Assembly (NCBI RefSeq): GCF_044704955.1
Contig: NC_091997.1
Span: 66,092,001 to 66,156,000 of the forward strand
Direction of reading: 5' to 3'
Source: Pristiophorus japonicus
Taxonomy: Eukaryota
Length of the DNA: 64,000 nucleotides
Each line of letters opens with the position of its first letter. The first letter of the stretch is position 1. Positions 36,321 through 48,899 of this stretch are shown here, piece after piece. The position numbers and the translations under genes were made by a program. The notes under the pieces are model-generated. The model was not told the DNA's origin and searched no databases. It was given only the letters and a program-made list of their open reading frames with translations.

Positions 36321-36361
36321 GTGTATTGGAATAAATCTGCTCAATTGCAAGTATGATAGTG
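36321..36361 (+). CDS. TTLL13: TTLL13 exon (CIGINLLNCKYDS)
   Basis: ttgcag acceptor, GTGAGT donor; matches INLTNCKYES. Confidence 0.9.
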
Positions 36362-37328
36362 GTGAGTATCAATGAAATTAGGGTTAATGGGATCAGGGAG
36401 TGGGGGGAGACTCGCACAGATCTGTGCAACACATAGGGGTTTTTGCACCTCCAAATTCCTCCACTCCTTTCCTAAAGGTGCTGATTCATTTTGGGGTGCA
36501 ATTCTGTGGGTGTCTGCCACTCTCTGTGGCTTGCTCAGGTAGCTGTGTGTGAGCCTAAACAGTGAGTGTTGGCTAGGCTGTTCAATTTGGGCCTATCTGT
36601 GATGCCTGCACTAATCACTGCGTCCCTGGAGTCCGTACACATGGGCTTTCCAGCAAGCAGGAGCCCTGACTAATTCCACCTCCCACCCCACCCTTTGCTG
36701 CCCCACGGATACTGGTTGATCAATCAGAAATATAACAGTGTCTCCCGATTGCTGAGATAGGGTAGGTCAACACAGACTATCAAGTTAAACCTAGGACCTT
36801 CCTGGTATCTGTAGCTGAGTTCCACATCAGGCAGTGTATTCACCCACTGCTCTATTCTTGTATACAGAGACCAAAATATATTTCAGTAGTCTACACTCTA
36901 AAAGTCTCGTTTGATGGTTTTTTGTTTTAATACTGAATGTGATGATGACTATTCCATTTATATTGCACTTAAATGTTTAATTACTGAATTCATTAGTCAA
37001 AGTTTTGCAAATTATTTTCTATCTCTTTATCCCATGAAATTCTCTTCTTTATCTCTCCCACTCTTACTCTTATGAACTGTTCATTCATCCTGTCTCTTTT
37101 AGACATTGCTTTCTTTTTCTATTTCTCTCTGTTTCTTATCGCTTCTATCTTTCTCTTTCTTTTCTATCTCTCTACCTCTATCTCTTCCTCTCTCCCCTAC
37201 ATTTCTCTCTCTCTCTCTCTCTCTCTATCAATCTCTTGATATCTCTCTCTCTCTCTCTCTCACTGTGTATCTCCCTCTCTGCCATATGACAATGGTTTAT
37301 GTCTCCACCCTCTGTTCTTGTGTTCCAG

Positions 37329-37447
37329 TCCGCCGTGCAGCTCGTCGATATGGTCTGAAGGAGGTTGGGGAGGATGAAGAGTGGATATTGTACTGGACTG
37401 ACGTCTCGGTTTCTCATGAAAGAGTTATGGAGATGAAACGTTTTCAG
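37329..37447 (+). CDS. TTLL13: TTLL13 exon (VRRAARRYGLKEVGEDEEWILYWTD..MKRFQ)
   Basis: AG/GT bounded, preceded by a long CT-rich tract; GLKEVGEDEEW is TTLL13-like. Confidence 0.93.
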
Positions 37448-38318
37448 GTCAGAATCACAGCACTGAGGAGGAAAAGAAGAAATAAACATTATAAAGGGAT
37501 TGGTTTCAGACCACAGTACTGGACTGGCATTTTGTCTTAAAACCTTTTTATTTCTGAAGAAGAGTAAGTTATAAACTATTCTTGAGTTCCACTTACTGTT
37601 ATGATGCCTTTTTAATTTTAATTTTGTTACCTAAATTAGATGCTTGTGGAAAATCAGGATATATTCTTATAATTTTAATTGTTATCTGATGCATGATCCT
37701 TCTCTCATCCCGAGTCTCCAGCCTCTCTGTTTCCATTGCAATCATGTCTCCACCCCCTCTCTTTCTCTCTTATCAATACTACTCTGTCATTACTTCCCTG
37801 AACCTTCGTCTCTTGCTCCTCCCAACCCACAGATACACCGCTCTAAATGCTCTGCTTCCTCCCTGTTGAAACAGAAGTTCACCATCGCATCTAATAAGAA
37901 CATAAGCTCCGCTATTCAATAAGGTCATGGCTGATCTGATCTCGGCCTCAACTCCACTTTCCTGCCCGCTCTCCCACTCCACTTCATTCATTCCTCAAAC
38001 TGTTGAACTCCGTCTTCACTTTGGCCAGCTGCCTGAGGCTTTTAAAACCCAAGCTCGGTGTCACCTCATCGACATTCCCGCCAAGTTGCATGGCCGTGCA
38101 GCGGTCTGGAGGTCCTGCGCAGACCACTCACCGGCTCTTACATTGAAGAAACCGCGCATGCACGGAGATCTGAATGGGACTGTGCACGAAAAAAATTCGA
38201 GGGAACATTGCACCTCATCACTATTTCATGATTTACCTGTCTGCTCTCCAGACCTTCCTGGTCCAAATTACCTGGTGCTTGCGATTGTTGATCTTTGTAT
38301 TTCTTTTCATACCTGCAG

Positions 38319-38449
38319 AAAATCAATCACTTTCCAGGAATGAGCGAGATCTGCAGGAAGGACCTACTGGCCAGGAATTTGAATAGGATGCTGAAACTCT
38401 TCCCAAACGAATATAATATCTTCCCACGTACATGGTGTTTACCTGCCGA
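38319..38449 (+). CDS. TTLL13: TTLL13 exon (KINHFPGMSEICRKDLLARNLNRM..FPRTWCLPA)
   Basis: TTL-domain signature, AG/GT bounded. Confidence 0.95.
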
Positions 38450-39395
38450 GTGAGTGGCCTTAGACTTGGCGATGAAATGTATGGTTGGATGGAGATAGGG
38501 CTCTGTGGTTGAGTAAAAAAGAACAGCGCCTCATCACAATTCTCAGGACACCCTAAAGCACTTCATAGACAATAAGCAATCGGAAGCGAGGTGACATATA
38601 TTATATAGGGGAGTGCACAGCAAGGTCCCACAAACAGCAATGAGGTGAATAACCAGTTAAACTGCGGTTCATCGGCATTTGTTCATGGAGCAATGTTCGC
38701 CAGCTGATTGGGAGAAGTTCCTGCTCTTAGCTGGTCATTTATAGTGTTGCTGTTTTTTGGGACGTTGCATTATATGGTTAGGGCATCTTGTGCATGGGTT
38801 GGAAAAGTAGATGGTTTCTCGTGATTGGTTAAGGGGGCAATTGGTAGCTAGTTGGAAAGGTAGGTTTAATTTGAATTGATACTTGGGTCTCCCAGTTATA
38901 GGACTTGCTAAATATAATCTTTAATCGTAATCTTTTGGGATTTTGAAGATGAAAGCTATATTCATTAATGTTAGTTAGATGTTTATAATATATTGGGCTT
39001 GACAGGGTAGATGCAGCGAGGATGTTTCCCCTGGCTGGGGAATCTAGAACCAGAGGTCACAGTCTCAGAATAAGGGGTCGGCCATTTAGGGCTGAGATGA
39101 GGAGAAATTTCTTCACTCAGAGGGTGGTGAATCTTTGGAATTCTCTGACCCAGAGGGCTGTGGAGGCTCAGTCTTTGAGTATATTCAAGGCTGAGAGCGC
39201 TAGATTTTTGGATATTAAGGCAATCGAGGGATATGGGGACAGTGCAGGAAAGTGGAGTTGAGGTAGAAGATCAGTCACGATCTTATTGAACGGCGGAGCA
39301 GGCTCGAGGGGCCGAATGGCCGACTCCTGCTCCTAATTCTTATGTTCTTATGTTTATCATGTGATCTTTAAACGTTCTGTTTGTATGCTGTACAG

Positions 39396-39552
39396 TTTTG
39401 GGGATTTTCAGGCCTACTGCAGGATGAAGAAGACCAAGACGTATATCTGTAAACCAGACTGTGGGTGTCAGGGCCGGGGGATTTTCATTACCAGGAACCT
39501 AAAGGAGATTAAACAAGGAGACCGCCTGATCTGCCAGCAGTACATCTCCAAG
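39396..39552 (+). CDS. TTLL13: TTLL13 exon (FGDFQ..YICKPDCGCQGRGIFIT..CQQYISK)
   Basis: ATP-grasp motif with Q at the elongase-type position (CQGRG); AG/GT bounded. Confidence 0.95.
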
Positions 39553-39869
39553 GTATTGCATAGTGTTTACAGCACCGAGACAGACCAACAGCAAGCAACC
39601 ATTTTGTTCACACTTGTCTCCCCTTCCTCACTTGAAGTGACAGAAGCAACTTCCAGCACCTTAACCCAGCCACCATTCTTTAAATGTGAGCTTGGACAGA
39701 GAAGGTTGGTGGGCTTGGCACCCAAGCCTAATCCTGTTCTGACCTCCAAACCACACCTACACTTTCCAGGAGGACTGAACGCGACTGTAGTATGTCTACG
39801 GCCACCTCAACTGCGATCCGCTAACTCCGCACAGACCAGGGAGCTGGCTCCTGCTCTGTATGGGCCAGC

Positions 39870-40190
39870 AACACACTGGGCAGTTCACTGAGCTGGGTCA
39901 ATAACACACTGAGCAGTTCATTGAGCCGGGTCTGTAACACACTGGGCAGTTCATTGAGCCGGGTCTGTAACACACTGGGCAGTTCATTGAGCCGGGTCTG
40001 TAACACACTGGGCAGTTCATTGAGCCGGGTCTGTAACACACTGGGCAGTTCATTGAGCCGGGTCTGTAACACACTGGGCACTTCATTGAGCCGGGTCTGT
40101 AACACACTGGGCAGTTCATTGAGCCGGGTCTGTAACACACTGGGCAGTTCATTGAGCCGGGTCTGTAACACACTGGGCAGTTCATTGAAC
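39870..40190. repeat. 33-bp minisatellite, ~10 copies (ACACACTGGGCAGTTCATTGAGCCGGGTCTGTA)
   Basis: Near-perfect tandem repetition. Confidence 0.95.
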
Positions 40191-40901
40191 CACTGGGAGA
40201 AGCCTCACAATGTGGAATGTGTCAGGGTTGATTCCAGGATGTGTTTCCCACTATTCCCTATTTTTGACTTTAACTCCTGCACTCTTTATTTTCAGTTTGA
40301 GAGCCCTACACTCTGTCAGTGCACTAGAATATCTAAACAATATGACGAGAAATGGTCACTTGGCCAGGCAAAGCTCACCCTTCCAATATTCCCCCTTGCC
40401 CAGCACCGAACTGTTCTGCAACTGGGGCCAGGAAATGGGATGAGGCTGCGTAGGGTCAGATGAAGAGCTGGCAATGGCACAGTGGGCTCATTGCCGTGCT
40501 GTATTTTCAATGCTTCTGTGGTTCTAACTCTTCTGAATGCGCCTTAAAGTTTGTGTTTCTACTCCCCTGACAGATTATCCCAGACATTTCTCACCATTTG
40601 ACCCTTTTTCTACCCTTTCCCTCTAGGTCGCCCTTGCCCCACACTTTGAATTATTCTTGTTGGTTCTCTCTGCTCCACCTCCCCTCCCCTCCAGTGCTTG
40701 CATACCCCTTTTGCAGCATGGCCAACATGCCTGTACACGATACTCTGTGCGAACAGACTGGTATTTTTTTTAAGAGTCTTGGCATAACCCCAATAGATTC
40801 GTATTCCACTGTTCTACCCATGATTTGGTGTGAAGATGATGTTTGATGTTTGACAAGTATCGTATAGCCTACCGAATGTAGACTTCATGTCTCTTTCACA
40901 G

Positions 40902-41045
40902 CCTTTCCTCATAGATGGTTTCAAATTTGACCTCCGTGTCTACATCTTGGTAACATCCTGTGATCCCTTTCGAATTTACATGTACAACGAGGGACTGGCA
41001 AGGTTTGCAACGAGCAAATACAGCGAGCCCTCTAGCAGCAACTTG
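40902..41045 (+). CDS. TTLL13: TTLL13 exon ([30 protein letters not shown])
   Basis: KFDLR motif, AG/GT bounded. Confidence 0.95.
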
Positions 41046-42894
41046 GTAACTTTTCTTCCTGTGTTATGGCCGGGATTGTTGTTATTGTATCTGAGTACAC
41101 TTCATCATTGCTATCTTCTGCATCTTATAGATGTGCAACAGGCCCTTTTTCACAGTAAACTAACATAGCTGGGAGAAAGAAAGACTTGCACTTATATCAC
41201 CCCTTTCATGATTTCAGAACCTCCCAAAGCCCTTTACAGTCAATTCAGTACTTTTAAGTCACTGTTGTAATATAAGAAACGTGACAGACAATTTTCACAC
41301 AGCAAGCTCCCACAAACAGCAATGTGATAATGACTAGATCATCTGTTTTTAGATGTTGGTTGAGGGACAAATATTGGCCAGGACACTCCTGTTCTTATTT
41401 GAAATAGCGCCACGGGATCTTTGACATCCACCTGAGAGGAGCAGACGGGGCCTCAGCTCAACATTTCATCCGACAGACGGCCCCTCCGACAGTGCAGCAC
41501 TCCCTCAGTACTGCACTGGAGTGTCAGCCTGGATTTTTGTGCTCAAGTCTCTAGTGATTTACATTAAAGCCTGTTGAGATGGCCGCATTTGGGAATAACC
41601 GTCACTCTTTATGCAGCTCAGACCTGAATAATTAATGTATTAAAACCAATGTTCCCTCTAATTTTCTTTTGGTGCGCAGCCGCTTTAACTGGCTACGCAG
41701 CCCATTCAAATTTCCGTGCAAGCGTGGTTTCTTCTATTGAAAAGCTGGTGAGCAGCCTGCGCGGGACCTCCAGACCGCTGTGTGGCTGCACAGCTTAGCA
41801 GGAAACGTTGATTAAGATAGATGTTATCTCTATATAATGGTGGCCCTTAAGGCATGTATCCCTGTATCTATCGACAACAATATCCATTTATATAGCAGTA
41901 ATATAGTAAAATATCCCAAGGTGCTTCACAGAAGCGTTATCAGACAGAATCTGGTAGATAAGGTGGTTGAGATGTCATCCGGATACTTTCCTTTATTAGC
42001 CAAGGCATAGAATATAAGAGCAGTGAGGTTATGCTAGAACTGTTTTAAAACATTAGTTAGGCCACAACTAGAGTACTGCGTGCAGTTCTGGTCACCACAT
42101 TACAGGAAAGATGTGATTGCAATAGAAAGGGAGCAGAGGAGATTTACAAGGATGTTGCCAGGACTAGAGAATTTTAGCTATGAGGAAAGATTGGATAGGT
42201 TAGGGTTGTTTTCTTTGAAACAGAGGAGGTTGAGGGGAGATAAAATTATGAAGAGCCTAGATAGTAAATAGGAAGGACTTATTTCCCTTAGCAGAGGGGT
42301 CAATAACCAGGGGCATTGATTTAATTGGTAGAAGGATTAGAAGGGAGTTGAGGAGAATTTTTTTCACCCAGAGGGTAGTGGGGAGGGGGGGCGGTCTGGA
42401 ACTCGCTGCCTGAAAGGGTGGTAGAGACAGAAACCCTCACCGCATTTAAAAAGTACTTGGATAGACACTTGAAGTGCCGTAACCTACAGGGCTACGGACC
42501 AAGAGCAGGAAAGTGGGATTAGGCACGATAGCTTTTTCAGCTGGCATGGACACGATGGGCCGAATGGCCTCCTTCTGTGCTGTAAAATTCTATGATTCTA
42601 CTAATGTAACAACCAGCCACCTAAAGAGATATTAGGACAGATGACCAAAAGCTTGGTGAAAGAGGTAGGTTTTAAGGAGACAGGTTTAGGGAGGGGATTC
42701 CAGAGGTTGGGGCCAAGACCGCTGAAGGTACGGCCGCCAATGGTGGAGCAAGAGGCCAGAATTGGAGGAACACAGAGATCTCGGGCAGGTTGTAGGGCTG
42801 GAGGAGGTTATGAGATGGGGAGATGCAAGGCCATGGAGGGAGCTTGTGTCACCCATGACCCAAACCACTGAAATGTCTTGTTTGTTGATGACAG

Positions 42895-42980
42895 GATGAC
42901 ATCTGCATGCACCTGACAAACTATGCCATCAACAAGCACAGCAAGAACTTTATCAGAGATGGGGACGGTAGCAGCAAAAG
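42895..42980 (+). CDS. TTLL13: TTLL13 exon (DDICMHLTNYAINKHSKNF)
   Basis: HLTNY motif, AG/GT bounded. Confidence 0.95.
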
Positions 42981-43927
42981 GTACAATGAACAGGAAACTC
43001 TCGCCCACATTCTTTCAGCACTTTCAGTATGCAGCAAATATATCATAAAGATCCAATCAATGTTGCCCTGAAGGCTGGTTAAGGTGGTGTGGGGCTGGGT
43101 CTGTCTCTAGATTGAAGCATGTAGGACCAATCATCATTGAGAGGCTGACTGGTTAGGTGGGAGTCCTCAGTCCTTAAACCCAAAGCTTTTGCGATTGGAA
43201 AGGAACCTTACTTTTTGTATAAGTCTGGTGCCATGGTCATCAGTTTCAGTTGGAATTTCCCCAAGACCCAAAGGCAGTCGTGCTGGTGAAGCAGCATGCC
43301 TCACTATCCCTGTCTGATGCCAGTCACTGTAGCCTCACCATCTTCAACTGGCTCTCAGCCACAGACAGGAACATCTCCTTGCCCAATTGCAAGGCCTTGA
43401 AAATATTCCTCAACAGACCCAGATGCTGCAGTGCTGATTTAGCCCATTATATTGCGATAGTAACAAAAATCGTGCAACAACAATTTGTATTTGCACAGCG
43501 CCTTTAAAGTAGTATAACGTCCCAAGGCGCTTCACAGGAGTATTATTAAACAACATTTGACACCGAGCCACATAAGAAGATACTGGGGACAGTTGACCAA
43601 AAGCTTGGTCAAAGCGACAGAAGTAGTGTCTTAAAGGAGGAGAGGTGGAGAGTTTTACCCCTTGATATCTGATATATTAGTTACATAAGAACATAAGAAA
43701 TAGGAGCAGGAGTCGGCCATATGGCCTCTCGAACTTGCTCCGCCATTCAATAAGATCAGGGCTGATCTGATCTTCGCCTCAACTCCACTTTCCCTCCCGC
43801 TCCCCATAACCCTTGACTCCCTTATCGTTCAAAAATCTGTCTATCGCCACGTTAAATGTAGTACAATGTCTATCTATTTATCCCTGTATTGTATTAGTCT
43901 ATTCATATTGTGTTCTGTCATGTACAG

Positions 43928-44153
43928 AAAACTGTCCTCACTTAACAGTTGGTTGGAGCAGCATGGGCACAATACAGCAAAGGTTTGGGCAGACATTGAA
44001 GACGTCATCATTAAAACTCTAGTTTCTGCCTATCCGATCTTAAAGCACAATTACCGGACTTGTTTCTCCAATCACCTCTTTGGCAGTGCCTGCTTTGAGA
44101 TACTGGGATTCGATATCCTGGTGGACCGCAATTTGAAACCATGGCTCCTGGAG
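43928..44153 (+). CDS. TTLL13: TTLL13 exon (KLSSLN..CFEILGFDILVDRNLKPWLLE)
   Basis: Catalytic-core motif, AG/GTGAGT bounded. Confidence 0.95.
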
Positions 44154-45394
44154 GTGAGTTAAACAACAAGCAAGGTGTGATGGTATCAAAAGACTGTTGG
44201 AAAAATACAGAGTGCAAGTTGAACTGCTCATAAAAGAAAAAACTTTCATTTATATAGCACCTAATCACACTCGCAGGATGTCCCAAAGCACTTCATAACC
44301 AATGAATTACTTTTCGAGCGTACTCACTGCTATTACATAAGCAAACACGACAACCAGTTTACACAGATTCCACAGACAGCAAATGACACAAGTGACCAGT
44401 TCATCTGTTTTTGGTGATATTGGTAAACTCCCTGGACTTTTTCCAATGACGGCACAGGATCTTTACCGTCCATTAGAACCTCCTTGTGGAACCTCAGCTT
44501 AATGTTTCATCTGAGGGCCAACTCCTCCGACAGTGCAGCACTCCCTCAGCACTGCACTGCAGGGGCAGTTTGGATTATGCGCTTAACTCTCTGGCGTGAG
44601 GCTTGACCCCCCCCCCCCCCCCGAATCTTCTGACTCCGAGGTGAGAGTGCTACCCACTGAGCCGCAGCTGAAATTTAAGGGATAGCTGGGGATCTGAGGG
44701 CCAGCGAGAGAGACATAGCCCTGATATTGTGATACTGTTTCATTTTTGTGCAGCAGAGATGCTGTCAAAGTAACCTTAGTGAGTTGCTGCTATGCATCCT
44801 TTCGGCAGCCATAATGTGCCGGTGGTGGAGGGGTGGAGATTGAACCTAGTGACAGGGGTGCAGAGGACCAAACTGCTCTGTCCTAGATGGTGTCGAGCTA
44901 CTTGAGTACTGCTGCGGCTTCACCCATCGAGGCCAGTGGCAAGTATTCTATCACACCCCTGATTTCAGCCTTGTAGATGGCGGAGGGGCTTTGAAGGGGT
45001 CAGGAGGTGAGCCACTCGCTGCAGAGTACCCTCCCTCTGTCCTGCTCTTGTAGTCCCATTCAGCTACTGACATCCATACACAGCAGAAGTCACGGGGTAG
45101 TGATCAGGAGCAAGAACCATGATTTATTTCCTTTGTAGCGTAGAAGCATTGAAGCCAATTGTAGTTATTCATTCACTGCCCTGGATGAGATCAGTTAATT
45201 TAGCACATGCCAAATATGAATCATGGTTTGTTTGTATAGCTTCATGTCACACCAGGCAGCCATTTCCCCACAGTGCAATACGGAGTCTCCTTGGCAAACA
45301 ATTATTCGACTAGAACTGTAGTTTTGTACAAATGTATTCAGTAACCATCAGCCTGTGTGTTTTGTGCCAACACACCCCACATTTTGCTTCCCAG

Positions 45395-45576
45395 GTGAAC
45401 CACTCTCCCAGCTTCACGACGGATTCCAAGCTGGATCGAGAGGTGAAAGACAGTCTACTATACGACACTATTTGCCTGATCAACCTGGGAGCAAGTGACA
45501 AGCAGAAGGTGACGGAGGAGGAGCGACGCAGGGTGCAGGAGCGTTTGTGGCACCGTCACACAACTCGCGAATTAAG
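45395..45576 (+). CDS. TTLL13: TTLL13 exon (VNHSPSFTTDSKLDREVK..)
   Basis: Completes LEVNHSPS; AG/GT bounded. Confidence 0.95.
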
Positions 45577-45624
45577 GTAGAGGCTGTAAAGTCCTGTCCC
45601 CTCAGTACAGACTCACACGAGGCA

Positions 45625-45832
45625 TGTCGTGAAGTCAAGGTCACTCTGGACCTGCACCTTTATTTCACAGCTCTGGAATGCTGCACTTGCCTGAGACCTG
45701 TCCTTACATACCTGTCTCTTGCAAGTGCACCCCTGGTGGTAAGGTATGCTGGTGGTTACAGGTCATATCTTATTACAGTCATGTATAGCATGTTAGGATA
45801 CAGTTATATATAATAATGTAAGATACATGACA
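45625..45832 (-). mobile_element. Probable solo LTR (208 bp)
   Basis: TGTCGTG...CATGACA termini; same layout as the Gypsy LTRs here (CTTTATT, TATA-like, CCCCTGGTGG); no clean TSD. Confidence 0.55.
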
Positions 45833-46709
45833 GAGGAGGTGGCATCCAACGGGTTCACTGTACAATTCTGGCCTCTCCTGCATCCCCGACTTCCTCGCTC
45901 CATCATTGGTGGCCGTGCCTTCAACTGCCTAGGCCCTAAGCTCGGGAATTCCCTCCCTAAAACTCTCCGCCTCGAGGCGTTCCTTAAAACCTATCTCTTT
46001 CACCAAGCTGGCAAGGCCGGCATTTATTGCCCATCCTTAGTTGTCCTTGGGAAGGTGGAGGTGGTCTGTCGTCTTGAACCGCTGGAGTTTGATACAATCG
46101 AATGGCTCGCTCGGCCTCTTAAGAGGTTAGTAAAGATTCAACCACGTTGGTGTGGGACTGCAGTCACGTATGGACCCAGACCGGGTAAAGATGACAGGTT
46201 TCCTTCCCGAAAGGGACATTGGTGAACCAGTTGGGTTTGTACGACAATCCGACAGCTTCATGGTCACTTTTATCGGTGCTAGCTTTTTTTTAACTTCCAG
46301 ATTGCTTAAACTGAAATTCAAATTCTCAAACTGCCCCTGGTGGAATTTGAACTCGCCTTTTCTGGATTAATAGACCAGTAACATAACCAAAGTGTCTTCA
46401 GTCGAAAACAGACTATTTGACAGTGGAGGCGTCACAGCTGAGCCTGACCCTGGAGGAAAACTTTCCTCTGAACTTTCTTTTAGACCAGGGGAAATATTCC
46501 CACAATCTTTATGATGGCCTGAACCAAACATGACCAGAGAAAGTACGTGAATTCCTGTAATGAAGGCGCGTCAGCAAGTTGCATTTATAAACGCACTTAA
46601 CTTGGGAAAAATATCCCAAAGCGCTTAATTACAGAGGTGTAATATTAGAGGTACCGATAAAGCAGTCCGATTACCCTTCTCCTGACTTCAAGCCTTGTTA
46701 CTCCCACAG

Positions 46710-46898
46710 GCGTGAGCAGTACGAAAACTACCAGTTAGCCTGGCTCCAGCAGGTGGAAAAGTATGAGAAGGAGCACCTGGGAGGGTTCCATCGCATTTAC
46801 CCGCAGCCCGACTCTGAGAAATACGACAATTACTTCAAACAAAGCGGATCGCTCTTTCAGGAGACAATCGCTTCCAGAGCGAGGGAAGAATGTGCCAG
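46710..46898 (+). CDS. TTLL13: TTLL13 exon (..YEKEHLGGFHRIYP..FQETIASRAREECAR)
   Basis: GGF.RIYP motif, AG/GT bounded. Confidence 0.95.
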
Positions 46899-48313
46899 GT
46901 ATGAACTGCGGGCTCCTGGGCAGGGAGCCATTCATGGCCGTGTGATAGCCATTGATATCGATCGGAGAGTGCACAGGTTATCTGGCCTTGTACAGAGACA
47001 GAGTTGTATTTCTTGTTCTGCGTTTAATTGTCCCGGCAATACATCCTAAATCTCTATACTTGCTTTTGCAATAGCCTCACAGCACTATCCATGGACCTTC
47101 AATATTGATTCATAGACAGTAACATCCAGGTCCGCCTAGCGCTCAACAGCCTTGCTCAGCATCGCTCCTACCAAGTGTATAACACTACATTTATCTATAT
47201 TAAAACTAACTGCCAGAAATGGCCCCATTCCTTCATCACATTTAGACATCTATAACTGGGAAGTTCATGTGAAATTTGGAACTATTATTTATAGGAGAGA
47301 GTGTTTGGCATGACCGCTCTGGTTGTTAGCCCAACATTACAACAGTCATCACACTCCAAAAGTACTTCATTGGCTGTAAAGCACTTCGAGACGTCCAGTG
47401 GTCGTGAAAGGCGCTATATAAATGAAGTTTTTCTTTTTCTTTCCTTTATCTTTTTCTTTTTCTTTCTCTGTTTCCCCTCTTCTCCTGAAGGGTGTGACAT
47501 CCTGAGGTCTGGCTCCATGGGCACCAGTTTTGCTCTGGGATTTTGTCAATAGGGTCCCTCTTTTATCTATAAGCTTAGATGAGTGAATATCGGCAGGCTG
47601 TTCCATCGTGGAAGCAGTACCACTGAGCCCAACCCTATCCTTGCACAATGATCCATGTAGGCACATGTTCCTGCAAGAGTGATCAGGAGCAGGAATCCTG
47701 GCTGTGTTTTTCTCACCTCCCCCATAATCCACGATTGCCAACATCAATTCTGAGTCGACTAGACTTATATTCACTGGAATTTAGAAGAATGAGAGGGGAT
47801 CTCATAGAAACATATAACAGTCTGACGGGACGGGACAGGTTAGATGCAGGAAGAATGTTCCCGATGTTGGGGAAGTCCAGAACCAGGGGTCACAGTCTAA
47901 GGATAAGGGGTAAGCCATTTAGGACCGAGACGAGGAGAAACTTCTTCACTCAGAGAGTTGAGAACCTGTGGAATTCTCTACCGCAGAAAGTTGTTGAGGC
48001 CAGTTCGTTAGATATATTCAAAAGGGAGTTAGATGTGGCCCTTACGGCTAAAGGGATCAAGGGGTATGGAGAGAAAGCAGGAAAGGGGTACTGAGGGAAT
48101 GATCAGTCATGATCTTATTGAATGGTGGTGCAGGCTAGAAGGGCCGAATGGCCTACTCCTGCACCTATTTTCTATGTTTCTATGTTTCATCAACCGGCGA
48201 GCTGTTTACATGTAGCTGGTCCTGCGAATGTGTGAGATGGGCAAGAGCCGCCGGGGCATTGATTTGCGTTGGGTGTGCGTTGATTGATCAGTTATTGGAT
48301 ACTTTGTGATCAG

Positions 48314-48494
48314 GCAGCAATTGGAGGAGATCCGACTGAAGAACGAACCAAAGGAGCTGTTGGGAAAGGGGAAGAAATTGAAGGAGCAGAAGGACAGCAA
48401 CTTGCAGGGGGAGTCGGGGGGCGAGCCCCCAATGCTGGACCTGCTCTCCAACAAACACCCTGGCTGCTCATCCTTCAAGAATTTAAAGAAAGAG
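48314..48494 (+). CDS. TTLL13: TTLL13 exon (QQLEEIRLK..LQGESGGE..)
   Basis: Phase-compatible; QQLEEIRLK and QGES motifs of TTLL6/13. Confidence 0.9.
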
Positions 48495-48899
48495 GTACAG
48501 TTTCCAATTACTACAGTTTAACTCACCCACTGTCCGCCTACCAGAAGAACTGAAGCAATAGTATTTTAAATCTCTCTGGTTAAGTTCGTGATGCTAACCA
48601 GTCCTGTACAGGAATGCTGAAAGGGATAAAAGTTGTTAAATTAGCCAACCATGGAATTTCATCCAAACACATTACTGTCTTGAAAACAGCATATTTTATG
48701 GAATTTGTAACCCAAAATGCGTCATCTGATAATATTTGCAATTTGAAATGATTGAGACAGTGGTATGGTAGAAATGGGTTCGGGGCAATATTGGGAAAAT
48801 AAGTTCAGCCCAACCAAATTCCTCTTCACCTCTCCTGAATGTGCGGACTCATGTTTGACAATGGTTGGACCATGTGCCATCTGGAGGCCTGGTGAGCCG

